Assembly (NCBI GenBank): GCA_964577535.1
Contig: CAZNZO010000006.1
Span: 24,550-88,549, forward strand
DNA: 64,000 bases
Direction: 5' to 3'
Origin: an uncultured Oscillospiraceae bacterium
Lineage (GTDB): Bacteria; Bacillota; Clostridia; Christensenellales; CAG-314
Positions 35,545 to 46,365 of this stretch are shown here, piece by piece (the stretch's first letter is position 1; each line of letters opens with the position of its first letter). The translations under genes and the position numbers were made by a program. The notes under the pieces are model-generated. The model ran no database searches, was not told the origin of the DNA, and saw only the letters and a program-made list of their open reading frames with translations.

Positions 35545-37044
35545 TTATCTTTTAATATTGCTTTCAAAACGGACGTTATCGCCCAAGGATTTTAGTTGTT
35601 TTTCCACTTCGCCATCCGAAGTTTCTTCCGTTTGACAAAATTCCACCGGCTTGTCGCAGAAGGGCTTTATTTCCTGCAACAGTGCCTGTTTGTATTGCGA
35701 TTCAATTAGCATCATTGCCCCCTTAGAGCAACTAACAACAAACTTGCCGTCGGCAATTTTCACATCCGATTCGCGCCACACACCCAAAAGCAAGGGCAAA
35801 TCCCTTTCTTCCAAAGCGTATTTCACGCCCAGCCAAATGGATTTTGCGTTGGTTTTATCCACCACGTAGCGGCTTGTAGGTTTTGCATTTTGCGGTTGTT
35901 GTTCCAAACGAGTTATGCGGCGTTCCAAACCGTCCACGTCCACTTCGCCACTGCTTGCGGCAATGCGCAAGGCCAATGCCTCGAAGGAAATTCTCGGCGA
36001 CAGGGCAAAACGCAACTCGTTTTCCGCCTTGGCCAAAGCATCCAATGCATACAGCAACTTTTTGTCGGTAGTTTGGGCGGCAATTTCCACCAGCCTTTCG
36101 AATGCATCACCCGGCAAACAAAGCATTTCATTTGCGTTTTTGCACAGTTTTACCGTTAGCAAATCGCGCACGTAGGAAGCAAGATCCTTGCATAGTCGCA
36201 CCACGTCCTTGCCGTCGCACACAAGTTTGTTAATTTCCGTCAAAATTTGAGAGGCATCGTTTTTCAAAACAGCAACGGCAAGATTTGCAATGCCTTCCTT
36301 AGAAGATCCGCCCAGCACCGAAACAACCTGTTCGTAGGTTAGTTTGCCTTCCGAAACGGATGCGCAACGGTCGGCAATGGAAACGCAATCACGCACGCTG
36401 CCTTCCCCTGCGCGGGCAATGGCGGCAACGGCTTCACGGTCGTATTGTTTGCCTTCCTTATCGTAAATTTTGCACACAAGTTCCGTAAGTTGCACCGACG
36501 AAACCAAGCGAAAATCGAAACGCATGCAACGAGACAATATTGTCGCAGGAATTTTGTGCACTTCCGTTGTGCACAAAATAAACAACGCATGTTCGGGAGG
36601 TTCTTCTAGCGTTTTCAAAAGAGCGTTGAATGCTCCCACCGACAGCATGTGAACTTCGTCGATGATATACACTTTGTATCTGCCGTTTACCGGCGGATAT
36701 TGCACCTTTTCACGAATGTCGCGGGCATAATCCACGCCGTTGTTAGATGCTGCGTCCATTTCCACCACGTCCACGTTTGCTTCGGTAAGCGATTTGCAGG
36801 TGAAACATTCTCCACACGGATTGCCATTGTGCTGTTTTGCATTAGGACAGTTGACGGCCCTTGCAAAAATTTTGGCGGTGGAAGTTTTTCCCGTGCCACG
36901 CGTGCCGGTGAACAAATAGGCGTGAGATATTTTGTCCTTCAAAATTTGGTTGCGCAACGTGTTGACGATGTGATCTTGCCCAATAACGTCGTCGAAAGTT
37001 TGAGGACGATACTTTCGGTATAAAGCAACGTAGTTCATATTCAC
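35545..37044 (-). CDS. dnaX: DNA polymerase III subunit gamma/tau
   Basis: [26 protein letters not shown] (Walker A), zinc module CGECFTC. Confidence 0.92.
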   Translation of the reverse strand: MNMNYVALYRKYRPQTFDDVIGQDHIVNTLRNQILKDKISHAYLFTGTRGTGKTSTAKIFARAVNCPNAKQHNGNPCGECFTCKSLTEANVDVVEMDAASNNGVDYARDIREKVQYPPVNGRYKVYIIDEVHMLSVGAFNALLKTLEEPPEHALFILCTTEVHKIPATILSRCMRFDFRLVSSVQLTELVCKIYDKEGKQYDREAVAAIARAGEGSVRDCVSIADRCASVSEGKLTYEQVVSVLGGSSKEGIANLAVAVLKNDASQILTEINKLVCDGKDVVRLCKDLASYVRDLLTVKLCKNANEMLCLPGDAFERLVEIAAQTTDKKLLYALDALAKAENELRFALSPRISFEALALRIAASSGEVDVDGLERRITRLEQQPQNAKPTSRYVVDKTNAKSIWLGVKYALEERDLPLLLGVWRESDVKIADGKFVVSCSKGAMMLIESQYKQALLQEIKPFCDKPVEFCQTEETSDGEVEKQLKSLGDNVRFESNIKR

Positions 37045-37586
37045 TCCTTAAACAAATGCAGTAGCAATTTTTTGCGAGCGCGTTGCATTGCGCCGTCCAC
37101 TGCTTTGTAGGTTACGTTAAGTTTTTTAGATATATCTTCGTAGCTGTACCCTTCGGCAAAAAGGCGAATAACTTTTTGCTCCACGACAGTTAGTTTTTCC
37201 TTGATAATTTTGCTAACCTTTTGGGAATATTCCTTTTCCAACAGGTCTCCAAGCGGCGTGCTTTCCGCAGTGACGTCTTCTAGCTTGGCAATATCTATGT
37301 GGTCTTTTAGCGGACGGTTTTTATCTGAATTGTCCCTTTTCACCGCATCGATAACTTGGCGCACCACACACAACTTAACAAACGACGGGAAATTTCCCTT
37401 GTTTTCGTCGAAGTTGGTTACAGCGTGGAACAAGCCCACCATTGCCTCCTGCAAAAGGTCGTCCTTGTCGCCGCCCACCAAATAGAAATTGTTGGCCACC
37501 GAACGAATAAGCCCTTTGTAGTTTTCGAAAATCTCGTTCATTGCGGCTTGGTCGCCGTTTTTGGCACGACGAATTAATTCTTGCAT
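37041..37586 (-). CDS. sigH: sigma-70 family sigma factor, SigH-like
   Basis: FYLVGGDKDDLLQEAMVGLFHAVTNFDENKGNFPSFVKLCVVRQVIDAVK parallels B. subtilis SigH. Conserved mrnC-rlmB-sigH context. Confidence 0.75.
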   Translation of the reverse strand: MQELIRRAKNGDQAAMNEIFENYKGLIRSVANNFYLVGGDKDDLLQEAMVGLFHAVTNFDENKGNFPSFVKLCVVRQVIDAVKRDNSDKNRPLKDHIDIAKLEDVTAESTPLGDLLEKEYSQKVSKIIKEKLTVVEQKVIRLFAEGYSYEDISKKLNVTYKAVDGAMQRARKKLLLHLFKE

Positions 37587-37587
37587 G

Positions 37588-38289
37588 TTAACCTCTTTGG
37601 CGAACCACTTCGTAGACGGCAATTCCGCAAGCAACGGATGCGTTAAGCGAATTTACTTTTCCCTTCAATTTTAGCGAAACTATGCCGTCGCACACTTCGC
37701 GGGTAAGTTTGCCCACGCCGGAGCCTTCGCCACCGATAACCAACGCAACGCTACCCGTCAAGTTGGCTTGGGTTATTTCCTGCCCGTCCATATCGCAAGC
37801 ATAAACCCACACGCCGTTTTGTTGAAGTTGTTTGATGGCCGCATTAACGTTGGTAACACGGGCAATTTTCACATGAGAAATGGCCCCTGCCGAACAACGA
37901 GCAACGGTATCGGTTACGGCAACTTGACGGTTTTTGCCAATGACGATGCCATCAACACCGGCACATTCGCACACACGAATGATGCTGCCGAAATTGTGCG
38001 GATCGTTTATTCCGTCCAACACCACAATAAAGTGATTTTCGCTTGCCGCCAAAATGTCTTCCAATTCGCAATAGCTAAATTCCGTAACGTCGGCAACGTA
38101 GCCCTGGTGTTTGCCTTCGACACTTTCCTTATCCAAAACGGCCCTATCCACAAACTGGATTTTTACGCCGTTTTTGCGTGCAAAGGCAATCACGTCGCTG
38201 TTTTTGCCCTTTTCGCACATAAGTTTGTTGACGGTGACGTTTTCTGAACGCAATGCTTCTAGAACGCAGTTTCTTCCTTCAATTTTCAT
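37588..38289 (-). CDS. rlmB: 23S rRNA 2'-O-methyltransferase, RlmB/TrmH family
   Basis: 233 aa. SpoU motifs LDGINDPHNFGSIIR and LVIGGEGSG. Confidence 0.85.
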   Translation of the reverse strand: MKIEGRNCVLEALRSENVTVNKLMCEKGKNSDVIAFARKNGVKIQFVDRAVLDKESVEGKHQGYVADVTEFSYCELEDILAASENHFIVVLDGINDPHNFGSIIRVCECAGVDGIVIGKNRQVAVTDTVARCSAGAISHVKIARVTNVNAAIKQLQQNGVWVYACDMDGQEITQANLTGSVALVIGGEGSGVGKLTREVCDGIVSLKLKGKVNSLNASVACGIAVYEVVRQRG

Positions 38290-38668
38290 CTGATAAAAGT
38301 TGTTTTATTCTTTCCGTTTCGCCAATCAAATACAAATACCCAATAACCGCTTCGAAGCCGCTGGCCTTGCGATAATCGGCACCGCTTTGATTTTTTGCCT
38401 TGTGATGAGCGTTGCTGTTGCGTCCACGCAAAAACACGCTCTGTTCTTCTTCCGTCAAAAGCGGAAAAACCTTTTCCGCACGCAATGCCTGCTGGTGAGC
38501 ATTCACCACCTGCGACGACATTTTGTGCAAATCTCCCGCTTTGAAATCGTGCTCCTTCACCAAGCGTTCCCTAACAAACAAACTGTGAACGGCGTCGCCT
38601 ATGTACGCCAACGACAGTGCGTTTACATTTTGCGCTTGTTCCTTGGAAATAACCTTGAAAAATTCCAT
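38279..38668 (-). CDS. mrnC: Mini-ribonuclease 3
   Basis: 129 aa. LAYIGDAV RNase III-like signature and conserved context. Confidence 0.85.
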   Translation of the reverse strand: MEFFKVISKEQAQNVNALSLAYIGDAVHSLFVRERLVKEHDFKAGDLHKMSSQVVNAHQQALRAEKVFPLLTEEEQSVFLRGRNSNAHHKAKNQSGADYRKASGFEAVIGYLYLIGETERIKQLLSDEN

Positions 38669-38670
38669 TG

Positions 38671-39249
38671 CTATTCGTCTTCGCTAAACAATTTTTTGCC
38701 GTAGACAACACAACCGGTAAGGTAATCGATATCTTCGAAACCACGGTTTTCGTAAAAAGCCTTGGCACCTTCATTTTTGATGCCACACACCAAATAGATG
38801 CCTTCCACAAAGGTGGCTTTTAGTTTTTCTTGCAAAGCATCCACCAGCGCCGTGCCAACACCCTGACGTTGATATTCCGGCAAAATGTCTACGTGCAAAT
38901 GCGCCGTGTAGCCTTGTTTTGCATAGCGTTGCTCCATTTTTACTTCCGCAGCAAAACGATAGTAGTCCGTTCCGGAAATTTTGCGCACCAAAGGCAAATA
39001 GTTTTGCGTTAGTTGTTCGTGGTATTGATCCAATTCCACAGCGCACAAAATGTAGCCAACGGGGCAATCGTTTTCGTCAACGGCAACAAAGCAAAATTCT
39101 GGTTCGTTATCCAAATAGTAATCGCAGTACATCGAACACACTATCGCACGGTTTTGCGGCGTGGGGTTTTCGCCCAGCCAAGAGGTTGCAAGGCAAATAT
39201 CTTGCACAAAACGAAAGTCCTTTTTTTGATATGGTCTGATGCTGATCAT
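38671..39249 (-). CDS. GNAT family N-acetyltransferase
   Basis: 192 aa. YQRQGVGTALVDAL acetyl-CoA binding motif. Confidence 0.75.
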   Translation of the reverse strand: MISIRPYQKKDFRFVQDICLATSWLGENPTPQNRAIVCSMYCDYYLDNEPEFCFVAVDENDCPVGYILCAVELDQYHEQLTQNYLPLVRKISGTDYYRFAAEVKMEQRYAKQGYTAHLHVDILPEYQRQGVGTALVDALQEKLKATFVEGIYLVCGIKNEGAKAFYENRGFEDIDYLTGCVVYGKKLFSEDE

Positions 39250-39662
39250 GTTGTTTCCTCCACCAAATACTTGTCGATATAGCTACGATATGCAGCAGTT
39301 TTTTGCAAAAAAACCGCACATGCACCCATTCTCTGTTAATGATACAACACAAGTCGCCGATTGTCAAGTGCGATTATTGCACAAGGCCGCCTTGCGTTGC
39401 CAAAATTGCGGCAAAAATGCATCAAGACACGCGGCGCAAACGCATGGCATGCGCCAACAAACGGCCAACGGCGAAAAAGCAAAACACGTTGCTTTTGCAT
39501 GCACCTGCACCATCGCTGGCACAAATGAGAAACAAAAAACCAGATTGAAAATCTGCCGTCCGCTTCGCGCGCAAACATAACGGCAAGTTTTTGGGACAAA
39601 AGTGTTGACACATGCCAAAAGACGGTTCAAAAATGAAATGGCAACAAAATTTTTCGCCATTG

Positions 39663-39691
39663 TTGATATCTTGTTTGCGCTGTGATACAAT
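39663..39691 (+). promoter_or_regulatory. sigma-A type promoter
   Basis: TTGATA, 17-nt spacer, TACAAT with a TG extension (TGATACAAT). Confidence 0.6.
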
Positions 39692-39720
39692 TATAAAAAG
39701 AAAAACGGAGGACTTTTTTC

Positions 39721-40743
39721 GTGCAAAAACAACTTAGTGAAGGCAAACTTTTGCAAAACGGCAGGCTGGTTGAGGCAGGCTATTCCACAAAAACCGTGCG
39801 ACAATACAGCCGAAAAGATATTGTTGGGCATTCGTGGAGAATAAAGGAATGGGATTACTACGTAATAACCGATGGCAAAAAGGCCGTTGCGCTTACAGTT
39901 GCAGATAACAGCTACATGTCGCTTGTTTCGGCATCCTTTTTGAATTTTGAACAGCCTTGCTACAAAACCACAAGTGAAATGAAATTTTTCACTTTCGGCA
40001 AGTTGAATTTGCCATCCTGTCCGGAGACCGGTGACATACGCTACCAATCAAAACGATGCAATTTTAGCTTTGAAAAGCAACAAGACAAACGCATTCTTAG
40101 TTGCACCATGCAAAACTTTTGGGATGGCTCGCCCTTTGAATGCAAGTTTGAACTGTTCAATTTTCCGCAAGACCAAATGACCATTGCAACGCCCTTCAAC
40201 AAACCGCACGCCTTCTACTACAACACCAAAATTAACTGCATGCAAGCAAAAGGCTTCTGCATTGTTAAAGGCCAACGCTGGGATTTTGACGAAACAAACA
40301 GCCTTGGCACGCTGGATTGGGGACGTGGAATTTGGACATACAAAAACACTTGGTATTGGGGAAGTTTGCAAACCTACGTGAACGGCAAAACGTTTGGGTT
40401 CAACCTTGGCTACGGCTTTGGTGATACTTCCGCCGCTTCGGAAAACATGCTGTTCTTTGACGGAATTGCGCACAAGCTGGATAAAGTAACCTTTGAAATT
40501 CCACAAAAAGACGGCAAGGACGACTTTATGTCGCCGTGGAAAATTTGCGACAACGAAGGGCGTTTGAATTTGCGTTTCGAACCCATTTTGGATAGAAAGG
40601 ACGTAACCGATTTGCTGATTTTGGCATCCAAACAGCACCAAATTTTTGGCAAATTTAGCGGCACCGCCATTTTGGATGACGGCACGGCTGTGCAACTGAC
40701 GGATGCTTTGGGCTTTGCGGAAAAAGTGTTCAACAAGTGGTAA
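39721..40743 (+). CDS. DUF2804-family protein
   Basis: 340 aa. GTG start 9 nt after GGAGGA. N-terminal pattern ...GYSTKTVRQYSRKDIVGHSWRIKEWDYYVI is typical of DUF2804, judged from memory. Confidence 0.6.
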   Translation: MQKQLSEGKLLQNGRLVEAGYSTKTVRQYSRKDIVGHSWRIKEWDYYVITDGKKAVALTVADNSYMSLVSASFLNFEQPCYKTTSEMKFFTFGKLNLPSCPETGDIRYQSKRCNFSFEKQQDKRILSCTMQNFWDGSPFECKFELFNFPQDQMTIATPFNKPHAFYYNTKINCMQAKGFCIVKGQRWDFDETNSLGTLDWGRGIWTYKNTWYWGSLQTYVNGKTFGFNLGYGFGDTSAASENMLFFDGIAHKLDKVTFEIPQKDGKDDFMSPWKICDNEGRLNLRFEPILDRKDVTDLLILASKQHQIFGKFSGTAILDDGTAVQLTDALGFAEKVFNKW

Positions 40744-40863
40744 GAAATTTCGCCACAAAATGCCTTGCACCGCTTGCGGATAGCAAAAGCAGTTGCAAAA
40801 AATCAAACGGCATTGTTCTGCTTGCAGGCAACGGCAAAACACAAAACAAACAGCATTTATTGC

Positions 40864-40903
40864 AAAAAACAAGGTATAGTCAAATTGCGACTATACCTTT
40901 TTT
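40864..40903. terminator. bidirectional terminator
   Basis: AAAAAACAAGGTATAGTC-AAATTGC-GACTATACCTTTTTT. Confidence 0.8.
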
Positions 40904-40930
40904 GATAAAAATTTAGTTTTTGCGTTTAGC

Positions 40931-41632
40931 CTACTGCTTGTAGATTATGCGACCGCAGTGTTCGCACACCATGTAGCCTTTGGCCATTTTGGATTCCACC
41001 TGCGCGGAGGGCATTTCCATGCGACAGCCGCCGCAACGGTTTCCGTCCATAAGTGGAACAAAAACGGGGCGAACCTGCTCGGAAAGCTTTTTGTATTTTT
41101 CAAACAACGATGCTTCGATGGCGCCTTTAAGTTCGGCCTGTTGCTTTTTAAGTTCCACAACGCGCGGCTTAACTTGGTTGGTGGCTTTATCAAATTCGGC
41201 ATTGCACTTGTTGTATTCGCCTGCCAAACGAGGAATTTGCACTTTGGAAATGTTGTCGAAAGTCTTTTCCAAATCTTCGCCGTCGTGCAAAATTTGTTTA
41301 ACTTCTTTTTCCGTTGTGGAAAGCAACGCCAACTGTTCGTCTAGCTTTTTGCTCATGTAGTTTAGTTCGTCTTGGTCTTCGATATCGGCCAATTCTTTGG
41401 TGTATTCTTCGATGACGGCAGTTATTTTTTGCAACGTTTGGGTTGCGGCGGAAAGTTGATTGCGAAGGTCTAACGTTTTGTGTTCCAAGCGGGCAAGTTG
41501 TTCTTCCCCTGCTTGCAAAGCCGCTTTAACTTCCTTGCGCTTAACGTAAAATTGGTTTTTGCGCAAATCACGTTCGATTTTGTTAAGTTCGATATCCAAC
41601 GTTTGGTATTGCAACATTTCTTGTTGTATCAT
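40931..41632 (-). CDS. coiled-coil / C4 zinc-ribbon protein (COG1579-like)
   Basis: 233 aa. Long heptad-rich region, then CGGCRMEM...CEHCGRIIY. Confidence 0.65.
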   Translation of the reverse strand: MIQQEMLQYQTLDIELNKIERDLRKNQFYVKRKEVKAALQAGEEQLARLEHKTLDLRNQLSAATQTLQKITAVIEEYTKELADIEDQDELNYMSKKLDEQLALLSTTEKEVKQILHDGEDLEKTFDNISKVQIPRLAGEYNKCNAEFDKATNQVKPRVVELKKQQAELKGAIEASLFEKYKKLSEQVRPVFVPLMDGNRCGGCRMEMPSAQVESKMAKGYMVCEHCGRIIYKQ

Positions 41633-42273
41633 TTTTTACCCTCCATAATTTCGGCAAGCAGGCGCGCCGCCTCTTCGTATTTTTGCGATAGGCAAACGTC
41701 GCTGCTATTAGATAGTATTTGTTGACGCTCTTGGTTTAGTTTTTGCAAATAGGCTACAAAATCTTGCGACGGATTTTGCAAATTGTCTTTGCCAAAAAGC
41801 AACTGTCTTTGCGTCAGAATGTCGTTGCTTTTGCATTTTTTGGCTGTGATAAGGTCGTAGAATTTTCCGTCGAAAAACATCTCGTCGGAAACTATTTGAT
41901 AATCTTGCAGCAGTCTTTGGCGCAGTTCCAACTGGTTGCGCATTGGTTGCAAAACCAAATGTTCGGGCAAGTGCTCGGCACCATCCAAAACGGAAATTAT
42001 TTCCATACCGCCCATGCCGGCAATAACGGCACAATCGGCAAAAACTTTTCCCAAACCGTTTTGGCAAACGAAACTTGCTTGCGGCAGCAACTGCTGTGGG
42101 CAATTGTTGCGTGCCTTTTGCAAACTGGGTGCGGAAATATCCACAAACACCACTTTTTGTGCAACTCCTGTTTGCAGTGCGCCCAAACCAATGTAGCCAT
42201 GGTCGCAACCGACGTCGGCAAGCACTTGGCAATGCGGCAATGCGGCAAGAATTTTTTGCAATCGTTTGGTCAT
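41629..42273 (-). CDS. trmK: tRNA (adenine22-N1)-methyltransferase TrmK
   Basis: LADVGCDHGYI and IAGMGG motifs. Located downstream of rpoD, as in Bacillus. Confidence 0.8.
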   Translation of the reverse strand: MTKRLQKILAALPHCQVLADVGCDHGYIGLGALQTGVAQKVVFVDISAPSLQKARNNCPQQLLPQASFVCQNGLGKVFADCAVIAGMGGMEIISVLDGAEHLPEHLVLQPMRNQLELRQRLLQDYQIVSDEMFFDGKFYDLITAKKCKSNDILTQRQLLFGKDNLQNPSQDFVAYLQKLNQERQQILSNSSDVCLSQKYEEAARLLAEIMEGKK

Positions 42274-42274
42274 A

Positions 42275-43321
42275 TCAATCCAGATAGTCGCGCAACTTTT
42301 TGGATTTGCTGGGGTTGCGCAATTTTCTTAGTGCTTTTGCTTCGATTTGACGAATTCTTTCACGAGTAACGTTGAATTCGCGGCCTACTTCTTCCAACGT
42401 GCGTTGTTTGCCGTCGTCCAAACCATAGCGCAAACGAATAACCTTTTCTTCACGCGGGGTTAGTTTGTGCAAAGCGGCAATAAGTTGTTCGCGCAACATT
42501 GTTTGAGCGGCCATATCGCTGGGCGCAATGGTTTTGTTATCTTCGATGAAGTCGGCCAAATGGCTATCTTCTTCTTCGCCGATGGGCGTTTCCAAACTGA
42601 CGGGATCTTGCGCTATTTTTTGAATTTCTTCCACCTTTTCGGCAGAAATACCCATGCGTTCGCCAATTTCCGCAGAGGTGGGTTCACGGCCCAATTCTTG
42701 CAACAAAATGCGTTGCGTGCGCACTTGACGGTTGATGGTTTCCACCATATGTACGGGGATGCGGATTGTTCTTGCTTGGTCGGCAATGGCACGTGTGATT
42801 GCTTGACGAATCCACCACGTTGCATAGGTAGAAAACTTAAAGCCTTTGGTGCAGTCGAATTTTTCCACCGCCTTCATAAGGCCCATGTTACCTTCTTGGA
42901 TCAAATCCAAAAACAGCATGCCACGGCCAACGTAGCGTTTTGCAATGGAAACCACCAAACGCAGGTTGGCTTCGGAAAGTTTGCGCTTGGCCTCTTCGTC
43001 GCCTTCCATCATTTTTTGCGCAAGTTCCACTTCTTCCTCGCCGGAAAGAAGGGGCACTTTGCCGATATCCTTCAAATACATTTTCACGGGGTCGTCTACG
43101 GCAACGTCGCCAATGGTTTTATACAATGCGGAGTTATCCTTTTCGAATGCGTCCACAATTTTTAGCCCGTTGTTTTCCAAATATCTGTAGATTTCTGCGT
43201 TTTGTTCGGCGGAAAGATCAAGTTTTTCCAACTTGTTTTCCAATTCTTCATAGGTAACTTTGGAAGTGTCGTTTTTAACTTCCGAAAGCAAATTTTTCAA
43301 AAAATCTTGTGTGATTTCCAT
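42275..43321 (-). CDS. rpoD: primary sigma factor RpoD/SigA
   Basis: 348 aa. [30 protein letters not shown] and regions 3 and 4 present. Confidence 0.95.
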   Translation of the reverse strand: MEITQDFLKNLLSEVKNDTSKVTYEELENKLEKLDLSAEQNAEIYRYLENNGLKIVDAFEKDNSALYKTIGDVAVDDPVKMYLKDIGKVPLLSGEEEVELAQKMMEGDEEAKRKLSEANLRLVVSIAKRYVGRGMLFLDLIQEGNMGLMKAVEKFDCTKGFKFSTYATWWIRQAITRAIADQARTIRIPVHMVETINRQVRTQRILLQELGREPTSAEIGERMGISAEKVEEIQKIAQDPVSLETPIGEEEDSHLADFIEDNKTIAPSDMAAQTMLREQLIAALHKLTPREEKVIRLRYGLDDGKQRTLEEVGREFNVTRERIRQIEAKALRKLRNPSKSKKLRDYLD

Positions 43322-43324
43322 TGT

Positions 43325-45106
43325 TTATCTCCTTTTCAACACTTCGTCGATTTTTTTGTTGATTTCCGTTATTTGCAACAGCAAATCCGTTTGGTCGGGA
43401 TTGGCTTTGTAGCGTTTGGTTATTTCGGCTTGTTGCTGCCGCAACGCTTCCACTTGCAAAATGCGAGAACATTCTTCAAAATATTGTTGGTTCTTTTCCT
43501 GACGTTCGGGCGAAAAATCCACGTCCACTATTTGCGAATATTCCTCCGCAGTTGCATCCGGACAAACGGTGTAGAGCATATCCGATTGCGGTGCTTCACC
43601 TTCGTTTAGGCGCTGGAAGATATAATCGAACAGCTTGGACAAAAAGTCCGTTTCGCAATAGGGTTTCTTTTCCAGTTTGGCGTAGGGCTGATTTGTTAGC
43701 ATGCTTGCCGCAACAAAATACTTCGCCTTTGTTTCGCCAGAAAGTGAATCGGTGATAGCGGCCTCTTCCGCTTCGCCCGTTTCTTCCACCGTTTCGCTAA
43801 GCTTGCGACGGAAAAATTCCTGCGAATAGCCTGTGTAGGCGGCCACTTGCGCAACGTAATGCGCTTGACGAACGTCATCTAGTTGTTTCAACATTTTCAC
43901 CGCGCCGTTAACAAACTTTGGCATGTTTTTGTTGCGAGTGCGGTTATCCACGTTAAGGGGAAATGCTTTTTTTAGCAAATCCAACTTGTAATCCGGCAAG
44001 GCTTTTGCTTGGTCGATAAGTTTTTCGAACTCCTCTGCGCCGTATTTTTTGATGTATTCGTCCGGATCCAAATTTTCCGGCACCGACATCACTTGCACTT
44101 CCAAGCCTGCCTTATCCAAAATATCCAACCCACGCACGGTGGCTTTTTGCCCAGCGGAGTCGCCGTCGTAGCAAATGTACACCGTTTCGGTAAGGCGGGA
44201 AAGCAACTTGGCCTGATTTTCCGTCAAAGACGTTCCCATGCTGGCCACAGCACGCTTAAAGCCGGCCTGATAACTTGCCATAACGTCCATGTAGCCTTCC
44301 ATCATCACAATGTTGGGCAATGCCGATTGTTGCTTTTGTTCCTTGGCAAAATTCAAACCAAAAACGTTATCCTTTTTGGTGAAAAGAGGCGTGTCGGAAG
44401 TGTTTTTATACTTGCCGAAAGAAATTGTTTTTTCGTCGAGCCCTCTGCCGCCAAAGGCAATAACCTTGCCGCTGACGTTGAAAATGGGCACAATCAACCT
44501 ATCGGCCAAGGCATCAAAAACTGTGCCGTTGGGTTTGCGCTGGAACACACCGCATGCAACGCAATCGTCATGCGAAAAGTGCTTGTTTTCCAAATAGTTC
44601 ACTAGCGAATACATATCCGGCGAATAGCCAACGCCAAACTTTTTTAGCGTTTCTTCGTCGAAGCCGCGTTTTTCCATGTAGCGACGGGCCACTTCACCGC
44701 GCGACGAATGAAAAGTTTTGTAGTAGAAAACTGCCGCTTCCCTGCAAATTGCAAGATATGTATCGCGTTTTTTCTTCTTTTCGTCGTAGGCCTTATCCCG
44801 TTTTTGTGCCTGCGTTTCCGGCATTTTAAGTCCGGCACGCTTGGCCAAAATTTCTAGCGCTTCCATGAAGGTGCACGATTCGTACATCTGAACAAACTTC
44901 AAAACGTCGCCACTTTCGCCGCAGCCAAAACATTTGAAGATTTGCATGTTTCTGTTAACGTTGAAACTGGGCGTTTTTTCCCCATGGAAAGGACACCGCG
45001 CTTGAAAGTTTGTTCCGCGCGGGCGCAATTCGATATAGGAGCCAATAACGTCGACAATATCGTTGGCGTGCTTGACTTGTTGAATGAAATCCATAAGTTC
45101 GTTCAT
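43325..45106 (-). CDS. dnaG: DNA primase
   Basis: 593 aa. Zinc finger CPFHGEKTPSF...CFGCG, Toprim EGYMDV. Confidence 0.93.
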   Translation of the reverse strand: MNELMDFIQQVKHANDIVDVIGSYIELRPRGTNFQARCPFHGEKTPSFNVNRNMQIFKCFGCGESGDVLKFVQMYESCTFMEALEILAKRAGLKMPETQAQKRDKAYDEKKKKRDTYLAICREAAVFYYKTFHSSRGEVARRYMEKRGFDEETLKKFGVGYSPDMYSLVNYLENKHFSHDDCVACGVFQRKPNGTVFDALADRLIVPIFNVSGKVIAFGGRGLDEKTISFGKYKNTSDTPLFTKKDNVFGLNFAKEQKQQSALPNIVMMEGYMDVMASYQAGFKRAVASMGTSLTENQAKLLSRLTETVYICYDGDSAGQKATVRGLDILDKAGLEVQVMSVPENLDPDEYIKKYGAEEFEKLIDQAKALPDYKLDLLKKAFPLNVDNRTRNKNMPKFVNGAVKMLKQLDDVRQAHYVAQVAAYTGYSQEFFRRKLSETVEETGEAEEAAITDSLSGETKAKYFVAASMLTNQPYAKLEKKPYCETDFLSKLFDYIFQRLNEGEAPQSDMLYTVCPDATAEEYSQIVDVDFSPERQEKNQQYFEECSRILQVEALRQQQAEITKRYKANPDQTDLLLQITEINKKIDEVLKRR

Positions 45107-45530
45107 ACTGCACCGTTTTTGCCAAATTCTTTGACAACTATAATTTCCGCAAAAAAATCCATTTTCCCCTAAAACAGCAAAACTTTTTTTATTTTTGTTT
45201 ATTTTTGTTTTGCTGGCCCATGTTTTTTTGCGCCGGGTGGCCGTTTTGGTGTTAAAACAAACGTGTTTTTTGCACTTATTTTTCGGCTATCGGGCAAAAA
45301 TTGAAACTTGCGTGCAACAAAACTGCCGCAACAAGCTTTTGGAAAAAATGGAATACTTGCACCAAATCAACAGCGCAAAATGGACAGCCGCAAGATGCAC
45401 CGCACATGCACAAAAAATCGTGCTTTGCCTTTCGTTGGGACGTTTGGCGACAAATAAGTGTGCAGCTAGGTTGTTTGCCACTATCCTTTTGCGGATTCAC
45501 GGCACCACCACAACAATGAACAAAACAAAA

Positions 45531-45551
45531 GTCCGAGGAAAACCCTCGGAC
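45531..45551. terminator. bidirectional hairpin terminator ~185 nt downstream of the V-ATPase operon
   Basis: GTCCGAGG-AAAAC-CCTCGGAC with an A-rich 5' flank and a T-rich 3' flank. Confidence 0.65.
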
Positions 45552-45736
45552 ATATTTTTGATTTAGCGCCACCGCTTTGCATGCAAAAACAAAGTGGTTT
45601 GATGCGTTGCAATGCCACGCATTTTGCAAAAAAGTTTTGTCGCAGTGCTAACCTTCCAAAAAACTTGCATGGTTTGTTTTTCAACAACCTGCCAGCGCCT
45701 TGCAACACGCCGCGCGCCTGCCACAAAACAATTTTG

Positions 45737-46363
45737 CTAGCCGTTGATGATATCCTTCACCTTCATCAAGCGGACAGTTGCGGAACGCTCGCTTTCGTCC
45801 AACTTCATTTTGATATACTTTATTGTTTCGGTGAGTTGCGGAATCATGATGTTTTCCAATGCGTTTACGCGACGCTTGTTTTTTTCTATTTCGTCGGCAA
45901 GCATGTTCACCGTTTTTTCCGTTTCGGCAAGCTGAATAAGCTTATACAACACGGCGTTCAAACCGCGCACGGAATCATCCAGTTTTTCCGTTACGGAAAG
46001 AAAACTGTATGGATAAAGTTCGCCTTCGGTCGATTCGTCTATGCTTATAGAGGGCACGTCGATGCCCATAACTTTGCGTTTGCCACAAGTCAGCGACACC
46101 GAGCGGCCGGCAAGCATAACGGCCTCTTCCACTATGCGGCTATCCGAACAAGCGCACGCCACGGTGAAGTTTTGCAATGCCAAGGATAGTTCCTTTTCGC
46201 ACTCCATGCGCAAACGCTTGTTTTCTTCGGCAAGCGATATGAATCGGCGAATCATTTCGTCGGTTTTATCTTTTAGCAGTTTGTGCCCGCGCGTTGCGGT
46301 TTTTAGCCTTGCTTGAAGGCGTTTCATTTCCATACGCGTGGGGTTTACGTTCATTACGGCCAT
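45737..46363 (-). CDS. ntpD: V-type ATP synthase subunit D
   Basis: 208 aa. MNVNPTRMEMKRLQARL start region and operon position. Confidence 0.88.
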   Translation of the reverse strand: MAVMNVNPTRMEMKRLQARLKTATRGHKLLKDKTDEMIRRFISLAEENKRLRMECEKELSLALQNFTVACACSDSRIVEEAVMLAGRSVSLTCGKRKVMGIDVPSISIDESTEGELYPYSFLSVTEKLDDSVRGLNAVLYKLIQLAETEKTVNMLADEIEKNKRRVNALENIMIPQLTETIKYIKMKLDESERSATVRLMKVKDIING

Positions 46364-46365
46364 TT

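Noticed and set aside
40048-40872. 274-aa ORF antisense to the DUF2804 gene, and similar long antisense ORFs at 230..718, 5521..6132, 9711..10409, 42467..43165, 46612..47334 and 48237..49166
   Set aside because: These are shadow ORFs opposite strongly supported conserved genes. They have no SD, show low-complexity or Arg/Cys/Phe-rich composition, and resemble no known family.
45195-45566. 123-aa ORF in the dnaG / V-ATPase spacer
   Set aside because: It has no SD, odd composition, and runs into the operon terminator hairpin. It was treated as non-coding spacer.
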